The notes: generated by a model not told the origin, from the sequence alone. A DNA stretch of 42,660 bases from Nitrospirota bacterium (GCA_016208875.1 JACQXD010000141.1:1-42660); one strand, 5' to 3'; positions 1 to 9,260 are shown, numbered from the stretch's first letter. Numbers and translations: made by a program.

Positions 1-13
1 CATAGGTGTTAAG

Positions 14-1246
14 TTAAGGTGTATAGAGCATGATAGGTTTTTTTGGATACAGCGAGCCGCATTCGATTATTTCAAGAGTCGATCGTCGTGATTGCTGACT
101 GGATTTCAGGCAACTATTTATTAATCGGGGAATTTCAGTGCGTAAATAGTCTATGGCTTTTTGGAGCGATATTAGGAGCAGGTCAAGGATGATAAATGCC
201 CGCTCCTGAATTCTTTTATATAGCTTTTCTATACTGAGTTGTTTTTTGTTGTTGTTCCAAAGCCTTATATTTATCTCTGCATGCACCCTATGAATTAGTA
301 TTGCCACAATTAGCTTGCCGTATATTTCACAGCGCAGCCTGTTTTCCCTGCCGGTATTGGATTTATGAATACATAATACTGTCTTGAGTTGCTTAAACAA
401 CAATTCAATCTGCCATCTGAGCATGTAAAAAATTCTGACCATTTCAGCCGGAACCCATTTTGACGGGACATTAGTTATCATCAGTGTCCAGTCTGCCAGC
501 GATAAATGATACTGACTGGGAGTACGCCCTTTCTTTTGTGAGTTTTTTCTTAACTTCCTTCGTCTCTGTTCTGCTATTTTAGGGCTTACCCTCAGACATA
601 CAAGCCTGCTGATAACCTGTGTCTTCTTATTGCTACCCACAATAACATCCATTTGATGAACGTTCCCCTTGAGTTTCTTCAGTATGCCGTACAGATCAAG
701 AGGCAAACATGATAATGGATTAAACAGCCCAATTCCCAAAGACAGACGGCTAATGAAATAAGCGCCCATAGCGTTAATCTCAAAGAAAGTATTCAAGTTG
801 AAATATCCAAGATCAAACAGAATTAAATCTCCTCGTTGCAGATGTCCGGGCAGATGTGCAGTATATGCGCCGTCAGGTGTAATCCCCGATGTCAGTTCAA
901 AAAAACTCAGTTGTCCCCGCTTATACTCATAGCAGACCTGCATCTTGCAGTTTGCATCCGATGCTTCGCCTCCGGAACCCGGTAGAACATCTTTAAGTTT
1001 AGGACTTATATCCCAGCTTGTGCTGTCAAAAATCAGAATGCGTTTAAAATGCTTCAGCAAACTTGTTTGAAGCTGGGCCATTGTGGATACCTTTTGCGTA
1101 AGAACAAACTCCACGCATGTTTTCATGAATGCAACTGCATTCTCGGTAAATCTGTAATGCATTGCTTCTCTGCTCAGTGAGACCCTAATGGCCTCAACCA
1201 TACCGGCCAAAGATGGATGTTTCATTCCCAACTGTCCTACAGTCAT
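14..1246 (-). CDS. IS4-family DDE transposase
   Basis: 410-aa ORF. It carries the IS4 Y-x2-R-x3-E-x6-K signature (YMLRWQIELLFKQLK) and candidate catalytic Asp residues in IFDSTSW and LFDLGYF. It lies between the 19-bp IRs. Confidence 0.85.
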   Translation of the reverse strand: MTVGQLGMKHPSLAGMVEAIRVSLSREAMHYRFTENAVAFMKTCVEFVLTQKVSTMAQLQTSLLKHFKRILIFDSTSWDISPKLKDVLPGSGGEASDANCKMQVCYEYKRGQLSFFELTSGITPDGAYTAHLPGHLQRGDLILFDLGYFNLNTFFEINAMGAYFISRLSLGIGLFNPLSCLPLDLYGILKKLKGNVHQMDVIVGSNKKTQVISRLVCLRVSPKIAEQRRRKLRKNSQKKGRTPSQYHLSLADWTLMITNVPSKWVPAEMVRIFYMLRWQIELLFKQLKTVLCIHKSNTGRENRLRCEIYGKLIVAILIHRVHAEINIRLWNNNKKQLSIEKLYKRIQERAFIILDLLLISLQKAIDYLRTEIPRLINSCLKSSQQSRRSTLEIIECGSLYPKKPIMLYTP

Positions 1247-1347
1247 AAGTACGAGAAAATCAAAAGCTTTTAGAACTTTCTGCCTCTTTATAAAACCTGT
1301 CCGCCGTGCCCACTCATCAAGAGTTTTTTTTAAAGACCGCCATCAGG

Positions 1348-1686
1348 TTATCTATCATGCCTACCCCTCCTTAATCCCTCTGAACGTACTAAATCCACAT
1401 AAGCCCGTATTAACTCGATGGTCAGTTTCTTGAACTCTTGATAGCGTTTCACCCGCCTGCGGACCTCCGCAACATCTTCTTTCTTTATAAACATAGATGA
1501 ACTGTGGCCTCCGACACTGAAACTAAGCTGATAATATGGACCGTGCTTTTTTGGATTTACAGTGTCTTTACATTTGCACCCCGGTGTTCCGCAGATGTTC
1601 CATTGTTCAGAGATACTGCCGGGCAGAACCGGCCCGAGACCTAATAACTTTTGCCTTAACTGCTCAACGTTTTTCTTTGTTTTCAT
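1348..1686 (-). CDS. Small IS-associated protein (DUF6788-like, Cys-cluster/HGPYYQLS motif)
   Basis: 112-aa ORF inside the IS, upstream of and co-oriented with the transposase. It has the motifs CGTPGCKCK and KKHGPYYQLSF. The family assignment is from memory of similar IS-linked ORFs. Confidence 0.55.
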   Translation of the reverse strand: MKTKKNVEQLRQKLLGLGPVLPGSISEQWNICGTPGCKCKDTVNPKKHGPYYQLSFSVGGHSSSMFIKKEDVAEVRRRVKRYQEFKKLTIELIRAYVDLVRSEGLRRGRHDR

Positions 1687-1798
1687 ATGGTCAGCCTCCT
1701 TATACCGATAGCATAACTGATGCTATCGGTTTTAGTCAAGAAAAAAAGTGGCCAAATGACCACTTTTTCTAATTCCTTAACTTAACACCTATGCCCTT

Positions 1799-1807
1799 GG
1801 GGGGGGG
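1799..1807. repeat. G9 homopolymer tract
   Basis: Nine consecutive G, 6 nt beyond the right IR of the IS and 43 nt upstream of the ATG at 1850. It sits within a short GC-rich patch (GGGGGGGGGCCGCTCAGCGCCGCG). Confidence 0.9.
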
Positions 1808-1849
1808 CCGCTCAGCGCCGCGTTGAACTAAACAAGGAGGTAAATAGCA

Positions 1850-3214
1850 ATGTTAAGATGGAAAATAGAGTTTGTGGTTTTAGTTTGTATTTTAACCTTG
1901 TCTGTTATTGCGAATGCTCAAGACTTGCAGAATGTAACGGATAACGCTGATAAATTATATTTTTCAGCCAAATCAGAAGAAAAAATTGCTGGAGCACATT
2001 CCGATTTGGGTGTAAGCTTTTCTTCTGTTTTGGAGAAAGATGGTTATGGTTATGTTATGGTTGATATTCGGTTAAAAGATAAAAAACAACTGATTGCTAA
2101 AATCAACTACAAGGACGAAACATTCGATATAAAATTTATTTCGTTAGAAAACGGCAAACTTGTAAGACTAACAAAGGAGGACTTACACACTTTTCAAATT
2201 TTAAATTATAACCTTCTATTGCATTTCCAAACCTTCAGTATGTCCAAAGTTGTTGATGCCTTGCTAAGTACTCTTAATCTGCTTGGGGACTATCCACCTA
2301 ATGAATTTATAGACATATCGAGCATAGATACCCAATCAACAACATGGACATCGCTGTGTAAAGAAATAGGCGAATCTTATACCGCAACATTTACACTGTC
2401 TGATAGTTCACTCTGTGGAAAATATGAAAATTGTAGTTTTGATGAGAGCACAATGACTTGCACATGTACAGAAACAATTGGCCCTTGCGAGTCTGGATAT
2501 TGTTATGGGCGATGTGGAGACAAATGCTCAAGCATTGGAGATAATCTCTTGGGTAATTACGCCGGAATTCAAAGATTTACTCAGGAGTGTTTTAACCATG
2601 ACTTGTGTGCTCGTGCTGAAGGCGGTAGGGGCTTGGGGGAAAATTGCCGTGATGAATTTAAATTAGCAAAAGGCGGTTATTTTCATGCTACTAATTGCAA
2701 TGAAATTACAGGCGACTGGATAATCGAAATGACAGGAACGAGCTGTTTCGAGGGAAAGTGTGAAGATACTTATTCCACTCAGAAAGTGTTCCATTTTAGC
2801 TCTGAAGATTATAAAACCTATGCAAGATTTAGTGGAGTTTCAGATTCAAGTTCTATCGACAATAGAGTTTCAGAATATGAAGGAACAATTGGATATCTCT
2901 CAACATTATTTCCTGGTTGGGTTTCAGGTAGTTGGCAAATCCCAACTTATATGACAGAATGCAGCAATCAACCCGATGGGTATGCTAGTGGTACATTCAC
3001 GGGACAGAACAAGTGCGGTGAAATGACAATGAATCTTGAGGGTGTTTGGGGTTGGTATAATATCGACAAATGTACTCATGCAGGAGATGGTTCCTTTTCA
3101 GGGACATCAACAGCAACAAAAAATTGGGATTCTAACTCGAAAGGTTATGTAGATAATAGACCTTTTAATAACATTAATAATCTAAAAACGGGTGCAGTAC
3201 CGAGCGGTTATTAA
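1850..3214 (+). CDS. Secreted Cys-rich protein of unknown family
   Basis: AAGGAGG (1834-1840) lies 9 nt before the ATG. The N-terminal signal peptide is WKIEFVVLVCILTLSVIANA. Cys clusters are dense (CTCTETIGPCESGYCYGRCGDKCS, ECFNHDLC). No family recognised. Confidence 0.7.
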   Translation: MLRWKIEFVVLVCILTLSVIANAQDLQNVTDNADKLYFSAKSEEKIAGAHSDLGVSFSSVLEKDGYGYVMVDIRLKDKKQLIAKINYKDETFDIKFISLENGKLVRLTKEDLHTFQILNYNLLLHFQTFSMSKVVDALLSTLNLLGDYPPNEFIDISSIDTQSTTWTSLCKEIGESYTATFTLSDSSLCGKYENCSFDESTMTCTCTETIGPCESGYCYGRCGDKCSSIGDNLLGNYAGIQRFTQECFNHDLCARAEGGRGLGENCRDEFKLAKGGYFHATNCNEITGDWIIEMTGTSCFEGKCEDTYSTQKVFHFSSEDYKTYARFSGVSDSSSIDNRVSEYEGTIGYLSTLFPGWVSGSWQIPTYMTECSNQPDGYASGTFTGQNKCGEMTMNLEGVWGWYNIDKCTHAGDGSFSGTSTATKNWDSNSKGYVDNRPFNNINNLKTGAVPSGY

Positions 3215-3500
3215 TTTAGTATCTGTACAATCAAAGGGGACTACTTTTTGAGCGATGCAGAAAATAGAATATATATGCGAGACTGTCCAACCAGTCCGTC
3301 AACCCGATAAACGGGTTACGTCTTCGTTATACGAAAATTAAGAAAAAGACGGTATTGTCGGTTATCTTTTTGGAGAGCATCGGGAGATAGTATTGATGAA
3401 GAAATAAGTATGGTTAGCTATAGGAGGTAAATGTTATGTTTAGGATTTTAGGGTCAAGAAATTTTCTGTCGCCTTAAAATTAGAAAAGAGACTTGCACAA

Positions 3501-4178
3501 ATGAATGATCCACTAAGTCTCAATGATTTTCTTTCTCTCACACAGGACGAAGATGGCACGATTAGATGTATTGCTACTGGCATATTGCCTAAGTTCAAAG
3601 ATTCTAAATCAATCAATCCGCTTATCCTTGCTTTAGAAGATAACAATCCTTGCGTGAGAGTTGCTGCGGTAGTAGCTTTAAAAAAAATTAATGGCACTAA
3701 TTCTATTGAACCTCTTCTTAACGAACTGCAAAGAGAAATTAAAACAATCAAAACAAGCAAAGTTAATAATAAGGATTTATTGTCAATTGCAGAAGTAGCG
3801 GGGTCTCTGGAAATTATAATAGAGACATTGGGGGAGATGGGTGATCAAAAGGCTGTTGAGCCGCTTGGTCAGATATTGAAGTCAGAAAATATTCATTTTG
3901 CGTATTATGACATTTTTGAGGTAGAACAGGGAGGCATATATGAAGGGAATCCTATTACTGGTTACCGTCCTAAAAATCCTTTTTCTCGTACTAAGCAATT
4001 TAACCCGTATCCGATAGAAGTGGCATATGGCGGGCATAGAATTGCATCTGCGAAGGCATTGAGCAAAATAGGAGGTAATCGGGCATTTTCTTACTTAACT
4101 CAAGCCAGCAACGATGGAAATCCTGAGATTAGGGATGCGGTCAAGAATGCTCTTAATAATGCAAATATGGAAAAATAG
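3501..4178 (+). CDS. HEAT-repeat (PBS-lyase-type) protein
   Basis: Repeated motifs of the type D.D..VR..A..AL..IG (EDNNPCVRVAAVVALKKING, NDGNPEIRDAVKNAL). No clear SD, so the start is uncertain. A strong AGGAGG plus a 13-codon ORF at about 3425-3477 lies just upstream. Confidence 0.6.
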   Translation: MNDPLSLNDFLSLTQDEDGTIRCIATGILPKFKDSKSINPLILALEDNNPCVRVAAVVALKKINGTNSIEPLLNELQREIKTIKTSKVNNKDLLSIAEVAGSLEIIIETLGEMGDQKAVEPLGQILKSENIHFAYYDIFEVEQGGIYEGNPITGYRPKNPFSRTKQFNPYPIEVAYGGHRIASAKALSKIGGNRAFSYLTQASNDGNPEIRDAVKNALNNANMEK

Positions 4179-4254
4179 TTTGTGCTAAGATGACAAAAAC
4201 GAATATAGAGAATAGTTCTATTCAGAAAATATATGTAAATATTGGGACGGTTCG

Positions 4255-4945
4255 TATGCCGTGTATAACATATGACTTGTCGGTTAAAGTCCGACCGTGG
4301 GAATTCGGCAGTTCACCCACGTAGCTTGAGGGAGGCGCAAGGGGTAACCCGAAGCGTCAAGTTCTCTAACAAAGGCTCTGAAAGAGAGCCGAGCAAACTT
4401 GCGGGTTGCAGCGAGAGCGAACCCAAATGTAGCTTCGTTAACCTATAAGAGTTGCCGATCCAGTGAACCGATGGGGAAGGCTGAAACACCTGTCCTAACC
4501 AAAACTGTTATAACCGACAGGTGGACTCTCGGGGTAGCAAGGGCGACACGTAAGGGAAGCCATATGGAGTAGCACGGGAGACCCTTGCAGATGCTGTGCA
4601 GGGCAGCAACCGGTGGATATAAGGAGACGAAATTCCATCGGGTTTGTAAGGGAGTCGGAGTTGCCCATAGTACCGACAGAATCTCAAAGACAACATAACT
4701 TTGGGAGAGGGAAGGGGCAATACCTTAATCATGTTTCTGAAGAAAGGAAGGGAAGGAGATTGTCCGCCTCAGGCGGACTGGGCACTCCAGAGATTCGGGA
4801 ACTTCGGAAGAAACTATACCAGAAGGCCAAACAGGAGCAAACTGTGAAAGCCGATGGATGAAGATAATGGGAAAGCCGTCTTCGGGAAAACTGAACGTCC
4901 GGTTTGACGAGGGGGAATTGGAGATAGGGCGTTCTCTACTACGCA
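4255..4945 (+). ncRNA. Group II intron remnant lacking its reverse-transcriptase ORF (ends approximate)
   Basis: GC-rich, stop-rich 0.7-kb block in AT-rich surroundings. The remnant peptide ELRKKLYQKAKQEQ (about 4790-4840) matches the conserved LYxKAKxEP N-terminal motif of intron RTs but terminates 6 codons later. A domain-V-like hairpin AAGCCGUCUUCGGGAAAACUGAACGUCCGGUUU (4873-4905) has an AGC triad and a GAAA-type loop. A short domain-VI-like helix follows, ending CUAC near 4942. Confidence 0.6.
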
Positions 4946-5215
4946 AGTTCTCTACTCTACTATTTATTTCTTTTTCCTACCATTTCGCACCCCTTATCAA
5001 TTAAATAGAACCGTCCCCTTTATTTCTTTATTTGGTCCCTTGTAATAACTTACACTATTTTCAATTATTTGAAAAGTGCGACTTTCAGGAAGTAAAAAAA
5101 TATAGCAGAAGGTATCACCCTTCAATCAGCGATTGAGATTATCGAGGGCATTAAGGTAAACTTTAGGCAATGGAAATTCTTTTTGAGGTTAAAACATTCA
5201 GGCAAGGCGATACAG

Positions 5216-5452
5216 ATGGAAAACACAACGCCCTATTTTAGAAATGAGATTTTGAGAAAAAGACCTTATCTCACAATTGAGATGTGTAGAAGGACAATCG
5301 AGAATCCATTGAAAAAAGAAGCTCAACCTAACGGAAGAATAAGGTTTTGGGGTAAAATAGAAGAAATGGGAAATAAGTACATTAGGGTTGTTACTCTTGA
5401 GGATGGCATTACGATACATAATGCTTTTCTTGATAGAGGATTTAAACCGTAA
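5216..5452 (+). CDS. Small conserved protein, putative toxin-like partner of the DUF2283 gene
   Basis: Start taken at ATG 5216 (MENTTPYF) rather than the tracked TTG at 5183. It contains the motif GRIRFWGKIEE...YIRVVTLEDGITIHNAFLDRGF. It sits 17 nt upstream of a DUF2283 gene. Confidence 0.5.
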   Translation: MENTTPYFRNEILRKRPYLTIEMCRRTIENPLKKEAQPNGRIRFWGKIEEMGNKYIRVVTLEDGITIHNAFLDRGFKP

Positions 5453-5469
5453 AGAAGGAGGAGAAGGTT

Positions 5470-5694
5470 ATGAAGATGAAATATTACGATGACACAGATT
5501 CCCTTTATATTGACCTTAGCGAAAAAACAAGCAAGGACTCTCTGGAAATTGCGCCGGGCATAGTAGTAGATTTTGATGAAAATAACAATATTGTGGGTAT
5601 AGATATAGACCATGCAAGTAAAATTCTTAGTCTTTCTGAATTGGAGATTAATAGTATTCCAACAAAGAAGCTCATCTTAGCCACAGCAGGTTAG
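5470..5694 (+). CDS. DUF2283 domain protein (antitoxin-like)
   Basis: MKMKYYDDTDSLYIDLSE...IVVDFDENNNIVGIDIDHAS is the typical DUF2283 pattern. GGAGGAG lies upstream. Confidence 0.75.
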   Translation: MKMKYYDDTDSLYIDLSEKTSKDSLEIAPGIVVDFDENNNIVGIDIDHASKILSLSELEINSIPTKKLILATAG

Positions 5695-5703
5695 GAAGCG
5701 TAA

Positions 5704-5754
5704 ATGAGAATAACTTATGATTCAGAGGTGGATGCATTATACATACGTTCGTGA
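5704..5754 (+). pseudogene. 16-codon N-terminal stub of a second DUF2283 gene
   Basis: ATG at 5704 encodes MRITYDSEVDALYIRS followed by a stop. It matches the DUF2283 N-terminus (M.I.YD.E.D.LYI). Confidence 0.5.
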
Positions 5755-5928
5755 ATGAATGAACTAAGGTATAGCCATAGAATTTCTTATAAATTCATAA
5801 AAATTAAAAATCACTAAACCTGCCTTAATCTGTTTACCTGAGCAATAATTTTATGTTATCATTTTTAACTTTCCCCCGATTTCCGGTCTTACGGGCAAAG
5901 TCTCAGTTTAAAATAAGGAGGTTTCCGG

Positions 5929-6786
5929 ATGCTGATAATAGGAGAGAAATTAAGTATTATAGCCAAAAGGGTCAGAGAGGCTATGATGAAAAAAGATAAG
6001 GGACCGATACAGGAGATTGCGACCCGGCAGTGGAAGGAAGGCTCCGGTATGATTGACGCAAACATTGGGCCTGCGGAAGACGGTGGGGAGGAATTGATGC
6101 AGTGGATGGTCACTACGATACAGGAAGTAGTGCCGTTACCGATATGCCTCGATACAACTAATGCAAATGCGATAGAGGCCGGGCTTAAGGTCCATAACAA
6201 TCAATGGGGAAGACCCCTGATAAACTCGACGTCGAATGACCCGGAAAGATTTCCTATTCTCGAACTCGGGGCAAAATATAATGCACAGGTTATAGGATTA
6301 ACCGTAGGAAAAGGCGGTCTGCCCGCCGATGCTGAGGAACGTGCCGGGATTGCAGCAGAGATCATGGCAAGGGCAATGGAATATGGTTTGCCTCTGGAAG
6401 ATATCTACCTTGATCCGTTGGTGCTTCAGATAGCGACCTCTCAGGATCATGCAAGACATGTGATAAACGCAATCAGTATGTTTAGGGAAATGAACGATCC
6501 CCCGATGAAGACCGTTGTTGGTCTGAGCAATATCTCAAACGGATGCCCTAAGACGCTTAGACCGATCCTGAATAAACACTATTTTGTAATGCTGCTGAAC
6601 GCCGGTTTGACTGCGGCAATTGCCGATGCCCACGAGATGGCAGAGGCCGTTCAGGAAAAGAAGATGATTGATGACGTCCTATCCGGAAAAACGCTTGATA
6701 ATGCAGAAAAAATGGCAGAGATAACAAAGACAATTGATGTGATAATGGGTAAGACCCTTTATGCACATTCGTATTTGGAAATGTGA
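5929..6786 (+). CDS. acsE: Methyltetrahydrofolate:corrinoid/iron-sulfur protein methyltransferase
   Basis: MLIIGEKL...IDANIGPA...LCLDTTN...INSTS...YLDPLVL...VGLSNISNG is collinear with Moorella AcsE as recalled. AAGGAGG lies 8 nt upstream. Confidence 0.9.
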   Translation: MLIIGEKLSIIAKRVREAMMKKDKGPIQEIATRQWKEGSGMIDANIGPAEDGGEELMQWMVTTIQEVVPLPICLDTTNANAIEAGLKVHNNQWGRPLINSTSNDPERFPILELGAKYNAQVIGLTVGKGGLPADAEERAGIAAEIMARAMEYGLPLEDIYLDPLVLQIATSQDHARHVINAISMFREMNDPPMKTVVGLSNISNGCPKTLRPILNKHYFVMLLNAGLTAAIADAHEMAEAVQEKKMIDDVLSGKTLDNAEKMAEITKTIDVIMGKTLYAHSYLEM

Positions 6787-6790
6787 AAAG

Positions 6791-6868
6791 ACGTAACACG
6801 TAACACGTGACGCGTGACAGGAAATAAGTTATGTTTTACGCATTACGCATTACGTGTCACGTATTACG
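6791..6868 (+). repeat. Heptad-array hairpin A1 (acsE-acsD junction)
   Basis: Left arm ACGTAAC ACGTAAC ACGTGAC GCGTGAC (6791-6818), 17-nt loop, right arm TTACGCA TTACGCA TTACGTG TCACGTA TTACG (6836-6868). It ends 7 nt before GGAGG. Confidence 0.9.
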
Positions 6869-6885
6869 AATTAATGGAGGTTAAG

Positions 6886-7830
6886 ATGGCTTTTGTTGCT
6901 CCAAAGGAGACTTACTCAGGGAAGGTTTATAACGTAAATATTGGAACGGGTGATAAGGCGATAAGTTTCGGCAGTGAAAATGTACTTCCTTTTCATTCAT
7001 TTGAGGGTGCGGTTCCAAATAAACCATTAATTGCATATGAGATACAGGATGTCCCGCCTTCAGACTGGCCCGAGAATGTGCAGAAACCGTATAGCAGCGT
7101 ATCGGGCGATCCTGTTACATGGGCAAAATTCTGTCAGGATAGCCTAAATGCAAAGGCAATTGCCTTAAGACTTCTCGGTACCCATCCCGACAGGGAGAAT
7201 CGTTCACCTGAAGACGCTGCAAAGACTGTAAAAGACGTGCTTGCTGCTATAAATATACCTTTGATAATACTCGGAAGTAATCATGCCGAGAAAGACGCCC
7301 CTGTTTTAATCGCTGCTGCCGAGGTTGCAAAAGACAAAAATTGTGTAATAGGCAAGGCACAGGAAGCTAACTACAAGACCATTGCTGCCGCTGCAATGGC
7401 AAATAATCATAAGCTGATCGCCATGTCGGAACTCGATATAAACCTTTCAAAGCAGCTTAATATTTTAATAACCCAGATGGGTTTTGATAAGGAAAGACTT
7501 ATAACCGATCCTATGTGTTCTGCATTGGGTTATGGGCTTGAATATACATATTCCGTTATGGAAAGGATAAGACTTGCTGCACTCACCCAGAACGATCTTA
7601 CAATGCAGCCTCCAATGCTTGCCGACGTCGGCATGTATGTATGGAAGATCAAAGAGACGCAGGCGCCTGAATCGGATGTGCCGCAATGGGGCAATGCCGA
7701 AGAAAGAGGCATTGCGTGGGAGGCTATGACTGCTACTGCATTGCTGATGGCTGGAGCCGAACTGCTTATTATGAGACATCCTAAGGCGGTTGAGGCAGTA
7801 GGGAAAGTGATTGAGGAACTGAACGCGTAA
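6886..7830 (+). CDS. acsD: Corrinoid iron-sulfur protein small subunit
   Basis: Start moved to ATG 6886 (GGAGG 6876-6880). The tracked 5' extension from 6814 is encoded by repeat A1. NYKTIAAAAMANNHKLIAMSELDINLSKQLNILI...YGLEYTYSVMERIRLAAL matches AcsD/CdhD. Confidence 0.9.
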   Translation: MAFVAPKETYSGKVYNVNIGTGDKAISFGSENVLPFHSFEGAVPNKPLIAYEIQDVPPSDWPENVQKPYSSVSGDPVTWAKFCQDSLNAKAIALRLLGTHPDRENRSPEDAAKTVKDVLAAINIPLIILGSNHAEKDAPVLIAAAEVAKDKNCVIGKAQEANYKTIAAAAMANNHKLIAMSELDINLSKQLNILITQMGFDKERLITDPMCSALGYGLEYTYSVMERIRLAALTQNDLTMQPPMLADVGMYVWKIKETQAPESDVPQWGNAEERGIAWEAMTATALLMAGAELLIMRHPKAVEAVGKVIEELNA

Positions 7831-7901
7831 CGCGTAACGCGTGACACGTGATGCGTGACAGGTTAAGTTACGCATTACGCATTACGTGTTACGTATCACG
7901 A
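7825..7901 (+). repeat. Heptad-array hairpin A2 (acsD-acsC junction)
   Basis: GCGTAAC GCGTAAC GCGTGAC ACGTGAT GCGTGAC (7825-7859), 7-nt loop, GTTACGC ATTACGC ATTACGT GTTACGT ATCACGA (7867-7901). The first heptad contains the acsD stop TAA. Confidence 0.95.
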
Positions 7902-7919
7902 TAATTGGAGGTTTTTGAC

Positions 7920-9260
7920 ATGGCTTTGACAGGCGTTGAGATATTTAAACTGTTACCTAAGACAAACTGCAAGAAATGCGGGCATCCAACTTGTCTTGCC
8001 TTTGCAATGAAACTTGCACAGAGGCAGGCTACACTCGATTTATGTCCGGACGTTTCGGAAGACGCAAAGAGGATACTCGGAGAGGCTTCAGCACCTCCTA
8101 TACGGCCGATTACCTTTGGTTCGGGTGATAAGGCTGTCAAGATGGGCGAGGAAACCGTGCTTTTCAGGCACGATAAAAAATTCGTAAATCCGTGTACTTT
8201 GGCTATAGAACTTAAAGATTCACTTTCAGAATCCGATATCTCAAAAAAGTTGGATGAAGTGCTTACATCCGAGATTGACCGTGTGGGACAGAAACTCAGG
8301 GTTGACGCAATTGCACTCACAAATGCATCCGGAGATAAGGGCAAGTTTGAGGCGGCAGCAAAACTTATTTCATCGAAGGCATCAGGTGTACCGGTGATAC
8401 TCTCGACAACAGATCCTGCATCTGCCGAAGCTGCGGTAAAATTATTTACAGGTAAAAGACCGATTATATATGGCGTAAATGCATCGAATGCAGAGGCAAT
8501 GGCTAACATTGCCAAGACCGAAAAGGCAATACTCGGTGTAGTAGCGAACGGGCTTGACGAGCTATCTACTTTAACAGAGAAGATAAAGTCGCTCGGCGTT
8601 GAAGATATGGTGATAGATTCCGGGGCAAGAAAGGCAAAGGATATCGTCGAAAATAATACGCTGATAAGAAGGGCTGCGATAAAGAAAAACTTTAAACCCC
8701 TCGGCTATCCGGTTATTAATTTTGTACAAAGAGAAGACAGCCTTTATGAGGCATTGATTGCAGCCGTAGGGATAACTAAATTTTCTTCGATACTCGTCCT
8801 AATCAGTATCGAGAAATGGAAAAACCTTGCAATGTTCACTCTCCGCCAGAACATCTATACCGATCCTCAGGTTCCGATGCAGGTGGAGCAAAAGATATAC
8901 AAGATTGGAGAACCGACAGCCGAGTCGCCATTGACAATAACCACTAATTTTTCACTCACATATTTTATAGTGTCGGGCGAAATCGAGAATAGCAAGATAC
9001 CAACGAGGCTTGCCGTAATGGACTGTGAGGGGCTATCCGTATTGACCGCATGGGCAGCGGGAAAGTTCACCGCATCAAAGATAGCAACTTTTATAAAAGA
9101 AAGCGGTATTGAAAATGAGGTAAAACATCGGGAATTGATAATTCCCGGATACGTTGCAATAATAAGCGGTTCGATCGAAGAGAAATTAGAAGGCTGGAAG
9201 GTTACTGTAGGCCCGCGTGAAGCAAACGGACTGCCGGCTTTTTTGAAGGCACGTACATGA
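7920..9260 (+). CDS. acsC: Corrinoid iron-sulfur protein large subunit
   Basis: Start at ATG 7920 (GGAGG 7907-7911). MALTGVEIFKLLPKTNCKKCGHPTCLAFAMKLA carries the [4Fe-4S] motif. The C-terminus VTVGPREANGLPAFLKART aligns with the end of Moorella AcsC as recalled, so the protein is full length. Confidence 0.9.
   Translation: MALTGVEIFKLLPKTNCKKCGHPTCLAFAMKLAQRQATLDLCPDVSEDAKRILGEASAPPIRPITFGSGDKAVKMGEETVLFRHDKKFVNPCTLAIELKDSLSESDISKKLDEVLTSEIDRVGQKLRVDAIALTNASGDKGKFEAAAKLISSKASGVPVILSTTDPASAEAAVKLFTGKRPIIYGVNASNAEAMANIAKTEKAILGVVANGLDELSTLTEKIKSLGVEDMVIDSGARKAKDIVENNTLIRRAAIKKNFKPLGYPVINFVQREDSLYEALIAAVGITKFSSILVLISIEKWKNLAMFTLRQNIYTDPQVPMQVEQKIYKIGEPTAESPLTITTNFSLTYFIVSGEIENSKIPTRLAVMDCEGLSVLTAWAAGKFTASKIATFIKESGIENEVKHRELIIPGYVAIISGSIEEKLEGWKVTVGPREANGLPAFLKART

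Larger units (their letters stand above)
1..1793 (-). mobile_element. IS4-family insertion sequence, apparently complete; its left end coincides with the window start
   Basis: Perfect 19-bp terminal inverted repeats CATAGGTGTTAAGTTAAGG (1-19) and CCTTAACTTAACACCTATG (1775-1793) enclose a DDE transposase ORF and a small upstream ORF. Target-site duplication cannot be checked because the window begins at the IR. Confidence 0.85.

Noticed and set aside
2478-2954. Nested + strand ORFs 2478-2666 and 2760-2954.
   Set aside because: These are alternative frames inside the 454-aa secreted-protein gene, with no SD or motifs.
4508-4946. ORFs 4508-4732(-), 4613-4861(+) and 4725-4946(-) as protein genes.
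   Set aside because: They fall inside the structured group II intron remnant. Only the short RT-like peptide in 4613-4861 is meaningful, and it is a relic.
5821-5928. Promoter for the acs operon upstream of acsE.
   Set aside because: The best candidates (TTTACC-17-TTATCA and TATGTT with a 13-nt spacer) are poor matches. I cannot support a call from sequence alone.
6814-6885. Tracked 5' extensions of acsD (6814), acsC (7905), nuoF-like (14719), the Fe-S protein (16819), the protease (17537) and the pilus ATPase (to 35070).
   Set aside because: The extra codons are translations of the heptad arrays or of family B/C palindromes. Each gene has an internal ATG with a well-spaced GGAGG and an N-terminus matching its family.
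7889-8515. Long antisense ORFs, including 7889-8515(-), 7465-7875(-), 15939-16472(-), 34667-35302(+), 40173-40721(+) and 5889-6200(-).
   Set aside because: They lie entirely opposite genes with strong family signatures. They have low-complexity, Ser/Cys/Pro-biased composition, no SD and no recognisable motifs.
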